DNA of 64,000 nt, taken from Adineta vaga (lineage: Eukaryota > Animalia > Rotifera). Both the position numbers and the translations under genes were made by a program. How positions within the stretch are numbered: position 1 is the stretch's first letter; the number at the start of each line of letters is the position of its first letter. Positions 40,857-54,655 of this stretch are shown piece by piece. The stretch is taken from the NCBI GenBank assembly GCA_021613535.1, contig CP075496.1, positions 7,750,001 to 7,814,000 on the forward strand. The letters run 5' to 3'. The notes under the pieces are model-generated. The model worked only from the letters and a program-made list of their open reading frames with translations. It was not told the origin of the DNA and ran no database searches.

Positions 40857-43092
40857 ATGGGTTGCAAGCAATGTAAAAATTTCTTACCTAAACATCAAGT
40901 AAATAATTATATTGAACAAAATATTTTTTCCATTTCAAATCAATCGATTACTGGTTCGTCCAATGGACCTAATCGATATAGTCAAAGAAAATATCATCAA
41001 GATATTCATTTTACAACAATTGGTTCTTCACTACTAGCAACATTAGATAATTTACCTATTGAATTAATCTATTATATATTTGATCGATTAGATACATTTA
41101 CAATTCTAACATCACTTTATAATGTTTGTCGCCGTTTGAATTCAATTATCTATACGTATGATCAATATGATTTAAATTTACGATCAATATCCATGAAATA
41201 TTTCTCTCGAATTTGTTCAATTATACGTCCTGAACAAGTCACATCATTGACATTATCAGATGGAAATGAGAATGTTGGTTTAGTAGAAGTATTCTTAAAA
41301 AAATTCCATTGGGAATCATTTAAACGACTTCGTTCACTAAAACTTGTCAATATCGATCAGAATGAACATATGACTCGAATTTTACTTTCAATAACAAGTG
41401 ATCTTGTATTTCTTTCAATTGAAAATTCGAATGAATTCTATGATGATACAGTTATTGATATTCTAATGACAATTATAAGTAAAGAATCTTTATATCGAGT
41501 TTCATTAGATCTTGAACGTAATCGAATATTAAATCCATCGTTGATATGGCCAACTGAATGTTATCTAAAAGAAATTAAATTAATTGGCCTCTGTCATATA
41601 TCACTTTTTCGAACTATACTTCTTTATTCTATTAATTTAAAGAAATTTCAAGCTTATGATATTGATTTAGACGACGAATGGATTGATCGAACTGATAACG
41701 AAGACGACGATGAAAGTGAAACACATCAAATACTTCCATTATCGAATACTTCTAATCTTCTATCACTATCATTGGTATATGCAAGAAATGAAATGGAAAA
41801 AGTGGAATGGTTATTATCACAATTTCCTCAATTAATATCTTTCAAATATTTAAATGTCTATGATTATTATATTGAATCAATTTATGATACTGATTATTCA
41901 TTATTAGATGGTAAACGTTGGGAAAAAATGTTAATCAATTGTGAAGATTTTCAGTTTATATCAACAATACGTTTTGATGACGATTCTTGGAATGTTCATC
42001 ATTATTTAGCTACTTTTCAAACACAATTTTGGCAAGAAAAAAATTGGAATATTGCATTTGAACAATACAATAAAACATTATTAATCTATTCATTACCATA
42101 TGCGCATAATTCATATTATTATGATCGACCAAATTTTATTTCGATTCCACACAACCCATTTCTGCTTGGTCAATCAATGCGAAATGTAACAAAATTACGG
42201 ATTAATTTAACTGCATTAAATAATTTAGGAAGACAAGTAAGTGTCTACATATTTCGTTTTTAACGATCATGCGAAATGAAATAGGTTATATAGCGAATGT
42301 GGTGGTGGTAGAATTCTTCATAAAAAAAATCTCCTAATGATAAGGATAATGATAACGGTTCCATGATTCTGCTAAATAAAAATATATAGATAAAAAGGCA
42401 TATTGGGATGTATTAACATACAACATTATTACAATAATATCGTTTTGTAGATATGAAAAATTGAAATAACTAAATGTTTTGTATCATTGCTTTAGATTAC
42501 TGGTACTCCTCGATTCTGTCATGTTACTCATCTTGTTCTCGATGGACAATGGCGAAATCCAGAATTATCTGCGTCTATTGGTTCATTAATTAAATTATCT
42601 CATATCACAAAATTCATACGATTAGAACGTGTACCAACTACTATTTTTCAAACATTTATTGATAATTTAACAAATTTACAAACATTAACATTAACAACTT
42701 TTGTTCTTGATAGTTTGAATGCTGCTGTTTTTCAATATTTGCAATGTCTACACTCCTTATATATTGTGCAATTACATAATGATTATCCACATTTTGTTAA
42801 TGTTGAACCATTTTGTACAATGTTTCCTCGAATTGAACATCTCGATATACTCGTGGATAATTTCGATAGTTGTCAATATATTATCGATCGATTGGGACAG
42901 TTTTTAATAAGTATTATTTTTCGTTTTCCAAATCGTAAACATAACGAAGAAGATGACGATGATGCTGAAGATAGTGAGGAAGATAGCTATGATGAAGATA
43001 AAAATGCGGAACTTATAGAATGGGCACAAAATATACGACAATATCATCAATTTCGTATTCGTGATCGAGATGTGTACCTGTGGCTGCGATAG
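40857..43092 (+). CDS. F-box + LRR-like protein with an N-terminal MGCxxC acylation motif, 2 exons (40857-42236, 42496-43092)
   Basis: F-box LDNLPIELIYYIFDRLDTFTILTSLYNVCRRLNSII; LRR-like LxxLxL units; LLDGKRWE and IYSLPY motifs; acidic insertions. Confidence 0.85.
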
Positions 43093-44184
43093 ATATTCAA
43101 CGAAGAGAAATTTTACATTAACAGTCAAATACATTTGTATAGACATTTTTTTTAAAATATCTATAAATGATTATTCTTGTATTTATGAATAATAGTCCAG
43201 ATTATTTACAATAAGAAAATGTAAGATCAAGTGACTTTCTGATATGTTTATCTATATTCACAGTATAACAAAAGCATCATTTAGCAATTGATTCCATAGA
43301 TCATCTCTATGTGATCTTAAAGGAGATGACGACTAACATTTTAGTAAGATAGCAATGACAATAGTTAATGTTTTTCTTTCGATAAACAAGTATGGTCAAG
43401 GATGTTGTCGAATACTAATGAATTGTGTAATAGCAAAAAAATAGTAAATAGTTATTTTCAAAAACATATAAAGAGAAATCAATGTCGATGTCTTGTATTT
43501 TAGGTGCTATATGATAATGATCAACATCTTGTGTTTACTAGCCGAAAGGAAAACAAGGAAACTTAGTCTTCATATGCCTTTTATTTTATCTTTCATCTGT
43601 TGTTAAGAGATCGAAAAAAGCAATCATAATATATTTACTATGAGCAAGGAAAGGTCAAAGTACTTATTGTTGATATATTGATCATTATTGTGATAATCAA
43701 TTATGACAAACCATTGAATCGATTGTCTACATAAATGAATGCATTCAATGTCTAATAAAAACAAAACTTTTCAATCGAATCATAAACCTTCAAAATTTAT
43801 ATTTGATGAGAGTTATCGATATAAACCAATCATTCCGTTGTTCCTTCGCTTATATTTACTCTGATCTATTAATATATATATATATATACTCATCTTTTCT
43901 GCACACGTAAAAACAATATGAATGACAAACATAAAACAAAATATTAAAAAACTGAAAACAGGAAACAAAGAACGCAATTTTAGGGTATTGCCAAATAATC
44001 CAAATTTGCATGTATATATATATCTATATATGTGTGTGTGTATTTTTTTAACCTGATCATTTGACAAAAAAATGTATAGAAAGAATAAGACTAGGCTTTT
44101 TTCGAGAAGGAATATCAAATGATAAAAACAAAATCAGCCTATGTAATATAAAAGAAGAAAGAAGAAATATATAGATGAAGACGT

Positions 44185-47100
44185 TTAATAACGTCGAAAT
44201 GTCGATACAGTTGGACCTGGATTACTATCCGAATCACCACTAGCCGCACTCCCTCGTCGTGATGTGGCAGATGTTGATTCAGTTGTTTTCTTTCGATTGG
44301 AACTGGTAACGGTCGATCTAAACAATGAAAATCTTTCTTAAGTTCAGTTTCTTTTTCTTTTATAAATATGAGCAAAAAGATCAAACATGCAGATTAGTAA
44401 TGAGAATAAAACAGAATTTATCTAGAGGCGAAAGAGAATCTTTTGATAAATAGGTTGATTCGATCATGATAATTGTTTAGTATTCTTAATTAGAGTATCG
44501 AACGTAATGAGCGTATGTTTGTTATTCGCGTTATGAACTTATTACGTTTTCTATGTTATTGAACTACAATCAACACACGTATTTTATTGTTCAATTGATT
44601 GTTACCTTTCTGATGCTGGTATTCTGCTCGATGCTGAGCCAGTTGGAGTACGAGGCTTACTGCCTAACGCCTAGAAAGGCAGTAGACATGCACACACATA
44701 TAGATATAGGCATAAGTATAGGATGCATGACATAGGATATACATGATGCAAGAAGGCACGTGCGTTTTTTCTTCTTTTTTTCGTGTTTTTTTATAATAGG
44801 AAATAAAACAAAATTATCTTACCGAATGATGGCCTTTTCTTTCTTTCATTTTTGCGTACAATGCAACTAAAATATCTTTACGATTTTTATTTGTTGCAAT
44901 ACTAACTGCTGTTTGGCCATCCTTCAAAAGTAAAAAAGAAATTAGATATTAATATATATATACAAAAAAAAGAACCATCAATTCTTACATTATCTGCGAT
45001 GTTAACATCGCATTCAGGTCTTGTCAGAAGTAATTTTACAATAGTTAAGAATTCATGTTCAACAGCACACATCAACGCTGTTGATCCATCAGAATCTTGT
45101 AAATTTACACCAGCACCATTTTCTAATAGTATTTCGACCGAATCAGTTTTTCCATGTTTAACAGCAAGCATAAGTGCTGTTTGATTACTCTACAATTATT
45201 TGAATATTGAAAATCATCTTTTTCTCAAAAAATTCTCAATCAAGTAAATCATACCGCTGTTGTTTTAACATTGACATTTCCGGATTCCCGACATAGACGA
45301 CGTACAGTTTGTTTTTGTTCATCATCAGTTATATCAATAACTGCAGCCATCATTACAGCTAAAACAATCAATTAAAATGGTTTCCAATCAATTTTAACAT
45401 TTATCTTTTTTTCTATACCTGTATATCCAGCATTATTTTGTAAGCATACATCGCATACTTTGGTATCTAAAAGCATATTCACAACTTTCCAATGACCATG
45501 AGTTACAGAATAATGAAGTGCAGTATTTCCCTAATTAAAAGAAAGAATGAATATATACACCTTTTGGTTTGATGACCATTTCAACTTACATTAGCATCTT
45601 GAAGGTTGACAATACGTTCGAGTAAAAAATTTGAAAAATGTTCTTTTATACTGTTCAAATAACTTTCGACTAAACGATCATTAACGTCTTTTTGACTCGA
45701 TATACGAAACCATTCTTGTTGAATTAATTGAAGACAATTATGCTGATGATAAACGAAATATTTCAATCAATTATTAGTCGTTAGCAATGGAAATATTTAC
45801 CACTTTCTTTTTATCAGCATTTTTATCATAGAGTGATTCATTTACAATAGCACAAGCGATGTACATTTCTTCATCAAGTTCAAATCTAATGTTTAAAAAG
45901 AGAAGAAACAATTCAATATTGAATTGTTTTCGTTTCTAGAAGATTTAAGAATAAATACCCTTCGCCTGTGGCAGTTCCTGAGTTCATTGGTTCGGATGAC
46001 AGAATTTTCATACCCGATTCATCGTATGTTGATACTGTTACTTCATAATTTTCTTCAATTTGTTGTTCATCAACTGTATCCGGTGTTTGCTGAGACTCAG
46101 TATGAACGGTCGGAAATGTACGGAAACCGGTTGATGTCACACCGAGAACGGGTTGACCAGTACCAAGTGTACGATGAGATTCATAAACTGTTGTTTTACG
46201 TACCACTGTTGGAGATAATTGAGTTGTTTCTTCATGTTCACGAATTTGTAATCCATTACTAACATTACTTGATTCACTATGAAGAATTTAATAAGAATAT
46301 TCATAGACAATAATCATTACAATCTACCTTGATTGATGTCGAACTTGTGTCGATGAAGTTGTTAGAGCATCTTTCGATGTCGTATAATTATTCTCAGCAT
46401 CGATACTATAACGATGATGGCCACCTCTATTGAGACGAAAATATTTTATTATCATTGTTTAAAACTCTAAAAATCACTCATTAGAAAAAAGAAAACTTAT
46501 TTTCATACCTATCAATTATCGTTTGTACTGTTTGTCCATCTTGTTTACGTTTTGCTTCTGTAACTGTCCATTCTTCACAATACGAACTATCATCTTCACT
46601 TGATGTTGCTTTTGTTGCATTTAAATCTCCATAAGCTCGTGTTGTTGCGGTCGTTAATGATGTTGAAGGTGATTTGATTGGTCGTGGACTGGACGATGTT
46701 ACTAAGAATTCTTCATCATGTGGTTTAGTTAATGTGGATACAATTTCATATGATTCTTCGACAAGTTCTTCAGGTGAACGTGAACGTGTTCTGTCTCGTT
46801 TGATACTATCTGTTGATGATTTCATGGCACTATTATTACCTAATGATCGTGACCATTCTGTTACTTCACTTTTCATAAATGTTGTATCGACATCATCATG
46901 TTTCGTTTGAGTTCGTATTTCATCAAAGTATTGATTTGTTTTTTGTTTTTCTGTTGTGACAGTTGTTTCATATCTTTCTTCTGTTGTAGTTTCAAAAGAT
47001 GGTTTTGGAATACGAAATGTAATCACTTCTTGTCGTTGTTCGACAATTGAATCTTCCTGATGTTTTATTGGTCGTTCAATATATCCAACTTCACGTTGAG

Positions 47101-50100
47101 TATCATGTAAATCAGTTTGAAATCCACGTTCATATGTTGTTGATTGATTATGTAAAGGTGTTCGTCGTGCATATGCTGTATTCCATGTAAATTCTTGATG
47201 TTCAACATATTCTTTTTCATTTTCTTCATCACCAATACGTACATCAAAATCACCCACATCTTTCGAATACATAATTTTTGGTTCTGTATTAATAGCAAGA
47301 TCACGCGATGACAAACGATCAGTAACAGTTGAACGATCAGTTGATCTTTTCGAATCAGTATTTGAAATACTATGTTTTAGATGACCTATCTGATGAAATA
47401 TATCAAGTTCTGTAGACGTTGTAATATGTTTCACGACTGGTAACTCTTGAATAGCCTAATTAATAGAATAAACTAGATTTCGACCAATTTTATTATTTAA
47501 TCGTTGACTTACTTGTACACCTGTATGTCGTTGTTCAGCTGGCGCAATTGTGTTTGAAAATGCATCATGTTGCACAGGAGGTATAGATTGTGTATGTGCA
47601 TCGATTTGAACTGCTTGTGCAACGGGTATCGTAGCTGAAAAGTTATCTCGTGTTGATATTAATGTACGTGTATCTGTTGAAATATGACGAGAAAGTAATT
47701 CACGTGGAAAATCATGTCCACTACCACGTTCTTGACGAGTCACAAGAGATAATGTATCAGTTGACATATCACGTGCTCGTTTAGTTTCATCTAATCCGGA
47801 TGCTGTATCTTTTTGAATGATTAAATTACGTGTATCCGTGGCTGCTTGACACATGATTGGTTTCGGTGGAAGTTTAGGTGGTTCACTAGAACAACGAATA
47901 AAAAATAATAAGTACTGATTGATAGAATCTCTTCCATCTGTTGTTATTTGATTCTATTTTCTTTGTCTCAAAAATTTGATTAATGAAAAAGAACAACAAC
48001 TGTTAATTTGTTATTATAAAAGAAAATAAATATTTTATCTGTCAGGAAGAAAAAGAAGAAAGTATGTAATTTTCATGACCTTTGTTCTTATAATAGAGAA
48101 ATACTTTTTTTTTATCTATCATATATTGATGACATTCTTACAGGATAAAGAGAATGTTCAAGGAGATATGTTTAAATTGAACTTACATAGTATCAACAAA
48201 AGCACCAAATTCTCTTGTTTGTACTACTTGTGTATTCGATGCTCGATCATGTTTGAGTATTGGTTCCGGTACAAACATTATTGCTACATCTCTTTGACGT
48301 ACTTCTGGTTTATAATCAAAATTAACATGCGTACCAACATCTCGATAATGTTTATCCGATGGTACATTCAAAGATACACCAATAGACACATCACGTTTTA
48401 TTGGCACATCTGGCAAAGCTTCCATCCAAACATCACGTTTTTGTATAAATTCATCTGTATTACATTGTAGATTAACATCACGATGTGCAACAGGACCTGG
48501 TAATGTTGGTTGAAGATGACAAGTTAATGCGACATCTCGAACTAGAAATAAATAAAAAGATATCGATCAAATGATTAAATAGAGAGAGAGAGAGACAGGG
48601 GGAGAGGAGAGGAAAGAAAAGACTTTGATTGCTTATACCTGATCGAATTGTATCTGTAACCAATGCACGATCCTGCATGGTTGGTTGACATTGAGTATTA
48701 ACATGACGTTGTTTTTTAGGTTCACATAAACGATCAATATCTTTTTCTTGTTCAAGTATACGATCTTCAAGAAAATGTATTCGTTCTGTATAGAAATGTT
48801 TGATCTCTTCTAATTTTCTTCGGACAATGTCCGCTTGTTTTTCATCATCATCATCATATTCAGTTGTATGACTGATTGCAACATCACGTTGTTGACGTTG
48901 TTTTGGTGGTAGTGGTGGTGGTTTTTCATCTTCGACAATATGTTGCATTGCAACTTCACGTGTAAGAGGTTTCGAAGGTTGTACATGATGTATATGATTT
49001 TGTTCGATATGTTCACGATCAGTTTGAATATTCGTTGATATTAATTTTTGTTCTGGAAGTTTTGGAACTTTGAATGAAAATGATTAAAGAAAATAATAGT
49101 GATACATTTGAAGAAGGAAAAATCTTACGTGGTCGATGTTTATATCGATCAATTTCTTTTAATAGAACTTCTTTTTCGTTTAAAAGAATATGACGTTCTT
49201 TTTCCAAACGATCAATTTCACGATTACGTCGTTCGATTTCCGTTTTATCTGTTACTGTAACGACCGTTGTTTTAGTTGGTTTACATACATGTACAACTGG
49301 TTTAGGTGGTACATCAACTTCAGTTATATACAATGGTTTTAATGGTTCACGTTCATCAGGTTCGGGACTTGATACACGAAGTGTTGGTTCAGTTGATATT
49401 GAACTTGAACTACTCGATCGTGAAAATGGTGGTGGAGGAATTTTATATAACATTGTAATTGGTCCACCACTAGTTGTATCTAGTTTCCGAAATGAATTTG
49501 TCGTATCAATTGTATTTAAATTGAGGCGTGGAGCTGAATGTGTTCTGGTAGTGATCGTTTTTTCCATCTGTAGATGATGTTCATAAAGATGATGTTCTTC
49601 AGCTGTACGTGCAGTGGATGAATGGACACCTGTTGTTGCTGTTGCTGTTGCTGCTGTTGAAGAAGATGTTGGAGGTCGTGGTGGTGGTCGAAGATGACGA
49701 CGTGAATCAACAGAACGTGATCGTTGTTGATGCATATTTGTTGAGCGAGTATTTTGTGTTCTATTATTTGCGTGCCGATGACATTCGGCTTCTAATTCTT
49801 TTATATCTTTTTCCACAATCCGATCGAGTTCCAGTAATGTTTCACGTAAAATTTCATTATCGACAGATGTATTGTTCCTCGTATTCGGTTGTTGTGGACA
49901 TGATTGATTAGGAATTGTATGATTAGGCTATAGAATAAAATAAATAAATAAAATAATACTTCTTATTGTTTTATTTTTATATTCAGTTGTTAAAAACAAT
50001 CAGTAGTTAAGTTGACTCACTAATCTATCATCGAGCCAATTAAGAGTAGATAGATACTCTTGTTTTATATCTTGTGGTATATAGGATGGTGGCAAAAAAT

Positions 50101-53100
50101 AGATATCATAAATTGTATGATTTGATAATGCATTATAGATTAAGGATGAGTCTGCTGTTGGAGAAGACTCAGTTGAAAAGTAATCTTCATAGAGTACCAT
50201 ATTTTCTTACAAACGACTTTTTTTTCTTCTTCTTCTTCTTCTTCTTCTTCTTCGTTTTATACTTGACAGCTGAGAAAAAACGAAGAAATGAACAGTGTCA
50301 TCATTCGTTCTCGATTTTTTTAACGAAAAAACGAAGACAAAATGAAGTGAACTAGTGAATGATACATAGCAAGCGCAAAAAAATTTGTTTAATTTAGAAT
50401 AAATTATTCAACCCTGTTCAAGTAATGAGCACATATGTACGATCAAGGACAAGTAGCGTGACAGTGGTTTCTCTATCTATCTAATATAACTGTGTTCAAT
50501 CGTCCTTTTTCTTGTCAGCATTTTTCTCAGTTAAATAATGACATACAACATAGATGTATAGTTGAACATTGTCTAGAAAAATAGAAATGCAAAGAAAAAA
50601 AACGAAAGGAGCATACCTGTTCATTGATTAAACGACGACGTACATCATGCCGTTTTCGTTCAATTTTCTTCAATGTACGAAGAACATTTGGTCCATACAT
50701 ATCGTCAAGAAACTTCATAAAATCCGTATCCAAATGATATCCATAAGGGCAGCACGTGCATCGAAAATCAGTCATACTTGTTTCAAGATCACTGACACCC
50801 GACTCGGACGTCGTCTCTAGACATAAAAGACAAACAGTTTGAGAGTATAAAAGAGACAGTCGTATAATTATAGCTGTCATTTTCTCTCACCTCCTCTTTT
50901 CTTTCTTCTTTATTCATTAGTAAGCAAAATATGGAGACTAGAAGATAGAACGACGTTCATGCGTCACACTGACAAACAAAAAGAAATCACAACCGTATAG
51001 ATTTATACATTATCTATTGATGTGATATTGTATCTTTAACTTGTTCTCTTTTTAACTATTGACTATCGATAACATAGTGAGAAAAGAAAAAATGAATATC
51101 GTTAAATTATTGATGGAGCTCATTTTTCATTATTTGTTATAAAATCAATAGCAAATAAAAATGAATAATGTTCACATAATTAAATATGAAAGCAATTTTA
51201 TTTCTTTTGTATTGAAAATGCAAAACAAAACAAAATAAAAAAACTCAAAATTTCTTTCCAGCTTTCTCTCTATACGAAAAGAACAAATTGACTGAATATC
51301 GATTTTTAATTAGACGATATCACATAAATTTCTCATTAGATTTATTGTATTCAATCTATTCTATATGTCACAGAAAAGTATACTTAAGAAAGTGAAATTT
51401 AAGGATCTCTTTTCTTTTTCTTCAATTAAAATTTCAATCTTAGCACCTGTCTAACCACATTAATTAGATAACTTAATAAACATATAAAAATAATTAATAT
51501 CTTACTTCGTAGTTGATGTAAACGTTGACGTCTATGTCGTTTAACAAGTTCCATGATAATAGACAGAAAGAAAATTATCAAAGAAATACTCTTGTCTAAT
51601 CGCTTCTTTATATAGATTAATAGGCCGTTTGGTTTTATTTCTGATGCTGCTGTTGTTGTTATTATTCTTTATTTAGTTGTACTGATCATGTTTTTAGCTT
51701 GCTCTTTCTCTGACTACACTGATTAGAATCTCCCAATACGACATTAACTAATAACACCAACGACAACAAACAAATTGTGTTTCTATTTGTTCTGCATCCG
51801 TCAAATAAGAGTAACAACGGTTATCCGCAATACTGGCAGGAAGTTATCTATCATCATCATCATTGTTATTAGTTGGAAAAGGACAGTTAGGAACAAGAAG
51901 AACAGACAGTTGGCGAATGAGTACAATGTAGGTATATATTTCATCGTACAGAATGAAACAGAATAGGCGGATAATAAAGAAAGAAGAAGGAGAAGGAGAA
52001 GGAGAAGGAGGAGGAGGAGTGATGTGGACTTGAGATTATCTGATGGTTACTATTTTTGCTGTTTGTATCACGAAAGAAAAAAGCTGATTGCTTATCTATT
52101 GGTAAAAGCAAGTGTATGCGGTACACGCATGCTATTCAGCGCATCAATAAAAATCAATCGCGCATATTTGTTGGACAGGAAAGAATAGAAAAAGCTTGAT
52201 CAATTTCTGTAACGGTCATAACGTTGGGAAAAGCAGCATGAACGCTCGTTTTCTTATGACATATGTATGATATTATCTCACTGAATATCCATTATGTCTG
52301 AGAAAAGAAACTCGTTATCATTCTCATATAGTCGTTCTGAACGGTACATCTGTTCTATCGAAGTGAAACTCTAAACTATATAAAGATTTTCTTATCATCA
52401 GATATAAACATCTTACAAGAGGATAGAGAAGAAAAGTCTATTAAATCATGTTACTTCTATTTAATCATATACACCTATGTTAGTTATCGAAAATAAAGTC
52501 AAAAATAGAATATTATTATCGGATTAGGTTTACCATTAATCTTATTTAAGACGTTACGATGATTGAAGTAAAACTCTTTGTTTTTCATTGATACCTTCAT
52601 GATGTTTTAGTAGACATAAAGTGTTCGTCAAGCGTTATAATCAATTGTTTAAGGTAATTTCACACGTCGAACATCAATGATTGTAACCTCGCAGAGTGTT
52701 CAACATCTTCTTTCTTTTTCGATAAGTGTTCAATCGAAAAATAGATCTTCTTCTTCTTCTTCTCATATGATTTCCTTTTCGTTCACTACCTCAGCTTTTT
52801 TATTGTCACGTCACATTCAAAGCATCATATTAGTAATGGTCATATTATGTCATTCCTCTGCTTTCGCTGCAGAAAAAAGATTTCATACTTCTTTTCATGC
52901 CGTCAATACGACATAACTCTGTGTCTCTCTCTCTTTCTCTCTCTCTGTCTTTTTTTAACAAAGAACAAAAAGGAAACCCTAAGTGAATGTAGGTGAGAAC
53001 ACAAGTGACTCTCGATGATCAAATTTACATTTCCTTAGTTCACACAAGATGTATGGAACTTTTTACTCTTCTTATTATATCGTCTGCTTATTATGTCCAC

Positions 53101-54655
53101 TTCAACTGTTCCTATTGTTCATCATATACATATACATATATATGTATATAAATCGATTATTTTCTTTTTTGTATTACTTAGTTCTTATGAAGTGGACAGG
53201 ATATAAAATTGACAGAATAAATCGAAAAAGGAAGATGAGAAAATGATCGTCACTATAGAAAATAGTCAAGCATAAATTAAAACAAAATGAAATGACAGAT
53301 ATCTCAATACTTATCTTTAGATAATCTATCCGATAAATAAAGAAAAATAACAGTAAAAAATACTAACCCATCGAAATGTACCTATATATACGTGGATGGA
53401 TTGAACGAAGTATGACAAGAGTTTATCGATCAACGTTAAGTCATGATCAAATACGGTGCTTCGTTTTTCTTTTACTATTTCTCACGCGTGTGAACATATT
53501 TGTACCTATTGCATCATTGAATATCGACGACACGAACACATACATAAGTGATTATCATTTTCTGTCACGAGAAAAAAGCATTGGATATTCATTCAAAGCT
53601 TTCTTCTCAAGTAAAACCATCTGTTGATTAAAGTATACAGATAGATTATCACAAGTAGATCGTCATTCGTTCATCAATATATGTGTATTCGATGATCAAT
53701 GGCATATGTTCGACGTCTTTTACTTCTTCTATATAAACTCACTTACCAATAAAGCTATGTAGGTTGACCATACTCGACGACGTCAAATAGTATATGAATG
53801 TGAAGTGAAAGCAAGAAAGAATCTTTTCGTCTTTTTTTTATTTTATTTTATACACTCAGTTTGAACGCATTATTGATCATGTCCTGTCGATTTACTCATT
53901 AAATCCTTCACTTAAATTCGTTGTTCGTATTTTTTCAATATGAACAAATATCAAAATTGACAGTTGGTGATAGTGATATATATGTATATCTACATGTGAA
54001 ATAGATATACATGAAGCAATTATCGCTTCACAATAAATGAGTAAAGAGACGAACCTTGAATTTTGTCTTCTAAATCTTACTTTTAGTCATATCTCATGAG
54101 CTTACGTGAAGGTTTAATATCAACTTGTTGATGCTGTTCATTACTTCAACAAGCTCTTCATTCCATTAGTTTTGATGACGAAGACATAGATGACCATTTT
54201 TCTTTTGTTTTCTCTTCTCTCCTTCTTTCTTTTCTTTCTTTTTTTTATATTCTTTATTGATGGATGAACATCAAGCCCGTTAGCAACACATCAGATCTCA
54301 TTGTAATAGATTTGTAATCAACTCGTATATATATATAAATACATATATATGTGATGAATGACAACAACACCGTACCGGTGTATATAATACATAGAGAATA
54401 GCTGACCGTTCTTATGTTTTGTTTCTTAGTATTAAACTTAAAGTAAACACAAAATGACGCGACGGAATACAAATGCTTCTACATACCACTCATACTACTG
54501 GCGTCAGCATCCATAGCAGCGTCGTCGCCACCGCCGAAATTTTGTTGTCGATGATTATGTTGATGTGAGTGGCGTTGACGATGATGATGGTCAACAACGG
54601 CTGGCCGCCGTTGTGTCTCCCACGATTGTTCGGCCTCGTAAATATATTCTTTCAT
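44185..54655 (-). CDS. KANK: KN motif and ankyrin repeat domain protein (KANK/VAB-19 family), many exons, alternative first and last exons
   Basis: KN motif [18 protein letters not shown]; coiled coils; [11 protein letters not shown]; VNLQDAN|[21 protein letters not shown]; AGYT|AVMMAA; [11 protein letters not shown]; [15 protein letters not shown]; ankyrin repeats. Confidence 0.94.
50224..50253 (+). repeat. (TTC)n microsatellite
   Basis: About 10 TTC units, seen directly. Confidence 0.9.
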
